Source of the DNA: Obrimoposthia wandeli
Lineage: Eukaryota
Direction: 5' to 3'
Assembly (NCBI GenBank): GCA_977020255.1
Contig: CDROCS010001008.1
Coordinates: 62,001 to 126,000 of the forward strand
Length of the DNA stretch: 64,000 bases
The translations under genes and the position numbers were made by a program. The notes below the pieces were generated by a model. The model saw nothing but the letters and a program-made list of their open reading frames with translations. It ran no database searches and was not told the DNA's origin. Each line of letters opens with the position of its first letter. Positions within the stretch are counted from its first letter, which is position 1. Shown piece after piece: positions 58,881 through 64,000 of the stretch.

Positions 58881-61499
58881 TTATTGTTTGCCCCGGTTTG
58901 TGGTTACAACCTGTTAACATATCTATATATATATATTTCAAATCCTGTCAATGATCCATGTGGTGTGAACAGTCCAGAAAATGTCACGGATGCTACAAAC
59001 ACAGAGGCTGATTGACAGTTGAACATCCAAAATTTGCCGAATTTCTTAAAATAGACTATTAACAAGGTCTTCAAGTACACTATGTAGACAAATGTCGTTT
59101 AAGATTTCATGGATAACTGACAAATTTGTTTCGTGCACTTTTGACACATCAATTATCCAATTTTACGTCAAATGTATGTAAAGTTTGAACTTTTATTCAA
59201 ATACGTTCTTCCTAATAGCGCTCTAGGATGCATCTAGTCGAAATAACATTCATGTTAGGGATGTGTTAAGATTTAAGATTGTATCTTCAATTTCCTCCTT
59301 CACCTTTTCAAACTGAGTGACCCGATCTAGGCAAGTCACCTATATTCCAAGTTAACAAAAACTCATGAAATACTAAATTCATCAATTATATGGTAGAAGG
59401 AACTCGTCATTTCTTTTTTGATATTGAAGTTTTATAAATTTAATAGCAATAAAATGTTGAAGACATTTAGAACTTGAAAACATGTAGAGTAATTTTTATA
59501 ATTCATATTAATCAGGATATCACATCAAATAATTGTTGACTCAAATTGCGCAAGATTTTCTGTATGGTGAAAAGTATTGTATTTTTGAATGTTTCAATAC
59601 ATTTTTATATTAAATTGTTTCATTTTATAATTTTGTATTAATTCTTTTTTCATAAAAATCAAGTAAGTTGAAACTACATCCCGGCAATAATGGGTTAAAG
59701 GAGTAAACTAAAACATACTTCAATATAAAAAGTTCAGAGTATTGAATTTTTTTTCATATAAAGATTAAAGTTAATTAGAAACGTGTGGTTGTTCTTGCTT
59801 CGTCAATTCTGAGATACATAAAAGAGTGCTTGAAAGGTCGCAACGCTGACCATTTCGACCTTCAATCTACTTTATTACTTTATTTTCATTTGCAATAGAG
59901 TTGAAAAACCTGGCTCATAAACATGTGTCAACATAAATGAAAGGAATGCATTGATATATCTTTATATCGCCTTTGAGTGAGAATCGCAAATAAAGGACCG
60001 AAATTCATTGATTGACTTCGCATTAAACATATCTTGTTCTCGAACTAAAATTTAAAAATAATGAGTGGCTCATTATTTGTAACGTCAAAGAAAGTGACTC
60101 AATTTTGACTCAATAAAAAGATCAATATTCAAAATGTTTAAGTCTGGTAATCAGTGATCGCAATCTGTTCCCTGGGACGTATCTCTTGTTATTCAGATTT
60201 AGTCAATAGATGGAAATATATTATTAAATAATTAAATTACCTAATGATGCTTGCTTGACAATAATGTGTTTGTTGTAAAACTTGTAATTCATGTTAATGA
60301 TTGCATGCATAACGTTTAATTTATATGAACAGACCCTACTGTGTTTCTCATATCATTAAAAATTAAATTATACATAAATATATAATGCTTAATAAATCTG
60401 TAATAAATCGAGGTTGCTGCTTTTCATGGCAAGGTTGATCTACAGTACCCGCTTACATCTAACGAGTAGAAACTGTATAAGCAATTGACTATGTGACTCT
60501 GGGTTTTCGATGGTGGGGAATCTGAATATGATAATCATATGACTGTTTTATTTTTTAAGTGTTATATAGATGCATATGTGATATAACAGTCAGTAATTGT
60601 TGATAAAAATTGTTTTTTTTTTAAGATTCAAACTAACTAAGGGTATACTTATGTTATATATTTTTGATTATTGACTATATCGGAAAACTCATTATTTTAC
60701 TCCTATAAAGTTGAAACTTGTTGGATATATGCATTACCTCTTGTATTAGCAGAAAATATATATTTTACCATAGGTCTTACGAGGTTTGATTTTGTCTTTT
60801 GTAGTCCTCGTGTTATTTCATCAGCAATATAATTAAAATGTTTTTTTCTCATCAAAAAGTATTGATTTTTTTAATGTTATTATTACAGTAACTTATTATT
60901 AAAATATCAACTTAAGATGAAAAATCTACAATAAAATATTCTATACGACGCTAATATATAATATATATATATGATTTATTACTCACATGCGCTTCTTGCT
61001 TTTCATTATTCTTCGTAATATTTTTTGAAAAGTAAAGTCTTTAACTGCTTCTTGAATTTTTCAATATTGTTACTGTTTTTTAAAAGCATAAATTTCAAAT
61101 ATTCCATCACTATGTTTGTTATTTGACAATTTCTTGAACAATCTAAGGTCAACATAGTTGCTACTAATATGCATATGCATGCTCACTATACCAAATTCTA
61201 GAAAATCATTTAAATATTTGAATTTTTATGAGAGAATACTTTTTTGATAATAAGTAGGACCAAGAATTTAAATTTGGCATTAACCGATATTTTAAAATTA
61301 AGTCTTGATGTAATAATCGTATGCATTAGCATTATAGTTATCTCAGTCGTAAGGTATTTTTTTAATTAGATAAATCTCTTGAATTGACTTCTGAATGTTC
61401 TTATCACTATTAATTTGACAACTTCTTGTAATGTTTTCATCAAAAACACAATCAATGCTTTTTATTTCACTTTTAAAATTAATATTATTTTCACCGACA

Positions 61500-61760
61500 C
61501 GTATAAAACTCTTTTTTTCTTATATTCAAATAATATAACCTTAGTTTAATTTTCATTCATCTTAAATTGTCTCGATTTCATTCACAAAGCTATTTCAATT
61601 ATAAAATTTTTCATTGCAAAACATGTGATTCAATAATCATTAGAATCAAAATCAACATAAAGTTGTGTGTCATCAGCATAAGGTGTGTCACCATACACGG
61701 CTGTTTCAATTTTAAAACTAAAATTTACATAATGAACTTGCATATTTGAAATTTGAATAT
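61500..61760 (-). pseudogene. CR1/L2-like RT fragment
   Basis: PYADDTQLYVDFD on the minus strand. Confidence 0.65.
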
Positions 61761-63419
61761 ATTAAATTTGAATATATTAAAAATGGTTTTATAGAATGAA
61801 AAAATGATGGCCAATATTTACGAATATGAAATAAAATCAAAACCGTTAAAAATTGAGATGCAATTCTCTAGTTTTCAATGGCAGTATTAATTTCATAGGT
61901 ACCGCAGTAGATTAATAAACTGTTATCAATCTAAAATTGCATGATTATTATATATATTAATCATTGTATTACGTCATCAGTACAGCTTATGTCCAAGCAA
62001 TTTCAGCATGATACAATCGCAACAAAACAAAAGGTAATTGTCAACACAAGGCATCAATGAATCAAATATAAAAGACAATCAAATGTACTTACTTTATGGA
62101 ATTTCTGGAATATGAATCAGTAGAATCTGAAAATAGAAATAGACAATGTCATTTAATCTGTCATTAAGCAATGATAGGCTTTTTAACATTTTGGTTTTCT
62201 TTATTGGAATTTTCTCTAAAATTATTTTTTATTTGCTTTTTCTAAATAAGAAATATTTCAAAAGACAGTGAGTAAAATTTAATTTGAGTGAAAATTGATA
62301 AAATCTTATATTATTGATGTACTTATTAATGAACTGTTTCATCGTCACTAAAAGGGTAAGGCTTCACTTCATGAATGTTTAACGATATTTGGATATAAGA
62401 AGTATGTGTTTAATTTAAATTTAAATAATTTTGTAGTTTATATTGTTAAGAAAATTACCGTAGAACGTTAATAACAAAAATATATATATTTAATTTAAGG
62501 CTAATTTCTTAAGAATTATTATTCAAAAGAGCACTATAAATTTTTACCTGTTAACTGCAGCATATCCTAAACAAAGACGTCTTGATATGTATTCTGAATT
62601 CTTCAATATTATTACACTATCTTACTGCTAATGACAAACTATTGTAAAGCTTGTATACATTTATCCGGAAAAACAGTCTCTTTTTAATTTGATCTTTGAA
62701 TTGCCAGTCTGCTATAAATATTATCTTATTTTCTTTTCAAGTTAATTGAACTTATAATTTATATTTCAAGAAGTTTATACAAATATGGAGGTAACTTTAA
62801 AACTAAAGATTTTTGAATCAATTTTGGACCATTTATAGACATCTGATGTAGTTCAATGTATAGTTCTTCAACCTTCTTTTTGTTATCTATAATTTGTAAA
62901 TAATTCTCACTACTTTGTTGATAAATACTTGTTATATGCTTAGTTAAAATTGTGGAAAATTGTGCTACAATAACATTCTTAAACATGTTGGCGGTTAAAT
63001 TGATAAATATTTTTTGAATTTACTTCTTTTTTTTATTTGATAGTTACAGATTGAGACAATTTTTGACTTATCAAGTATATATCCCAGCTTTTTGATTGTT
63101 TTTTTTTGCATAAATCTCATTGTAACTCTTAAACTTCAATGTATTTTGGGATCCAAGAATAATGAATCATATTTTTCTTCACTTAATTTAAGATGTATAG
63201 TAAACATATAGCTTTTTATTTAAACAATTATATTTTCCATTTTCTTAAATTCTCTAACTATGAGCTAGTTACATTCAACATGTATTTCTATGCCATCAGC
63301 ATGGAAGTGAAACTGAATTTAAAATTTATTATATATATATTCCTAATCGAACTTGTATATAAGAAACATAAATGAACCTAGAATGGAGCTCCGGGGTATT
63401 TTTCTTTCCTGGAAAAATA

Positions 63420-63590
63420 GCTTTCAATTTATTTCAAACTATTCACTACGATTTCAATATTTCTTATGTCTCTAAGAATATAAATGCTGCTGATAAATCT
63501 AACAATAGCAGTTTAACACAATTTCTTTGAGCTATCTTAATGTTACTTAATCTACCATTGTTAACTAGACAACTCCGATGGTTGAAATGT
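63420..63590 (-). pseudogene. CR1/L2-like RT fragment
   Basis: KLLLLDLSAAF on the minus strand. Confidence 0.6.
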
Positions 63591-64000
63591 TAAAATCTTT
63601 ACAGTTATCTTTATAATTAATTTAAAAATAAAGCTCAATGAAAAAACAACAATAAACTTTGAAATGAAGTTCTGTAAAAGTAAAGAAAGTAATAAAAAAT
63701 TGGATAACTCTTACCTATGATTGTTTGAAAAAAGATAATAAATAAATAAAACAAAAGCATCGAGTGTTGAAAAAATTTTCTTCAAAATTGAGATCAATAT
63801 TTATCATTTAAATGGATTTTTTTTTCAATCCAAGACTATGGTAGGTAGATGGTTAATTATCGCTATGCCTCGCCCAACAGACCAGTAGAGACATATATGG
63901 GTGGGACCAGAGGGTGGATATTTGAGCTGAGACCAACAACCGCCCATATCATCGGCTATTTCATCTTCAAGATTCCTTCTTTATATTCTACTATCTTTTT

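Noticed and set aside
63830-63990. GC-richer island as an upstream neurabin exon
   Set aside because: I could not establish an open frame with credible splice sites.

Overview
AT-rich metazoan (invertebrate-like) genomic DNA with spliceosomal introns; the species cannot be determined from sequence alone. Bases 1-12605 hold the 5' part of a large, nearly intact Ty3/gypsy LTR retroelement on the minus strand, which runs off the left edge at the start of integrase. Hand translation gives this domain order: 5' LTR (~2 kb, two minisatellite arrays), tRNA PBS, repeat-rich leader, then ORF1 [Gag capsid, CCHC knuckle, ubiquitin-like domain, AT-hook, Bcl-2-like domain, internal signal peptide, chuvirus/gB-type glycoprotein with TM, protease 1], an A_AAA_AAC -1 slippery site, and ORF2 [BIR, BIR, UBA, RING = a complete IAP module, then protease 2, RT, RNase H, integrase start]. 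ORF2 (1-3681) has no stop and is missing from the ORF track, probably because it is open at the window edge. The element thus appears to carry two anti-apoptotic-type modules, an envelope fused inside the gag ORF, and a duplicated protease. It appears to be inserted into an older, inverted, degenerate relative (12604-14445). Bases 15029-56419 hold 18 phase-consistent minus-strand exons of a neurabin/spinophilin gene (PP1-binding RVxF, PDZ, coiled coil, SAM); its 5' exons were not identified. Its introns contain an intact Tc3-like transposon, a MITE, a minisatellite and TE relics.
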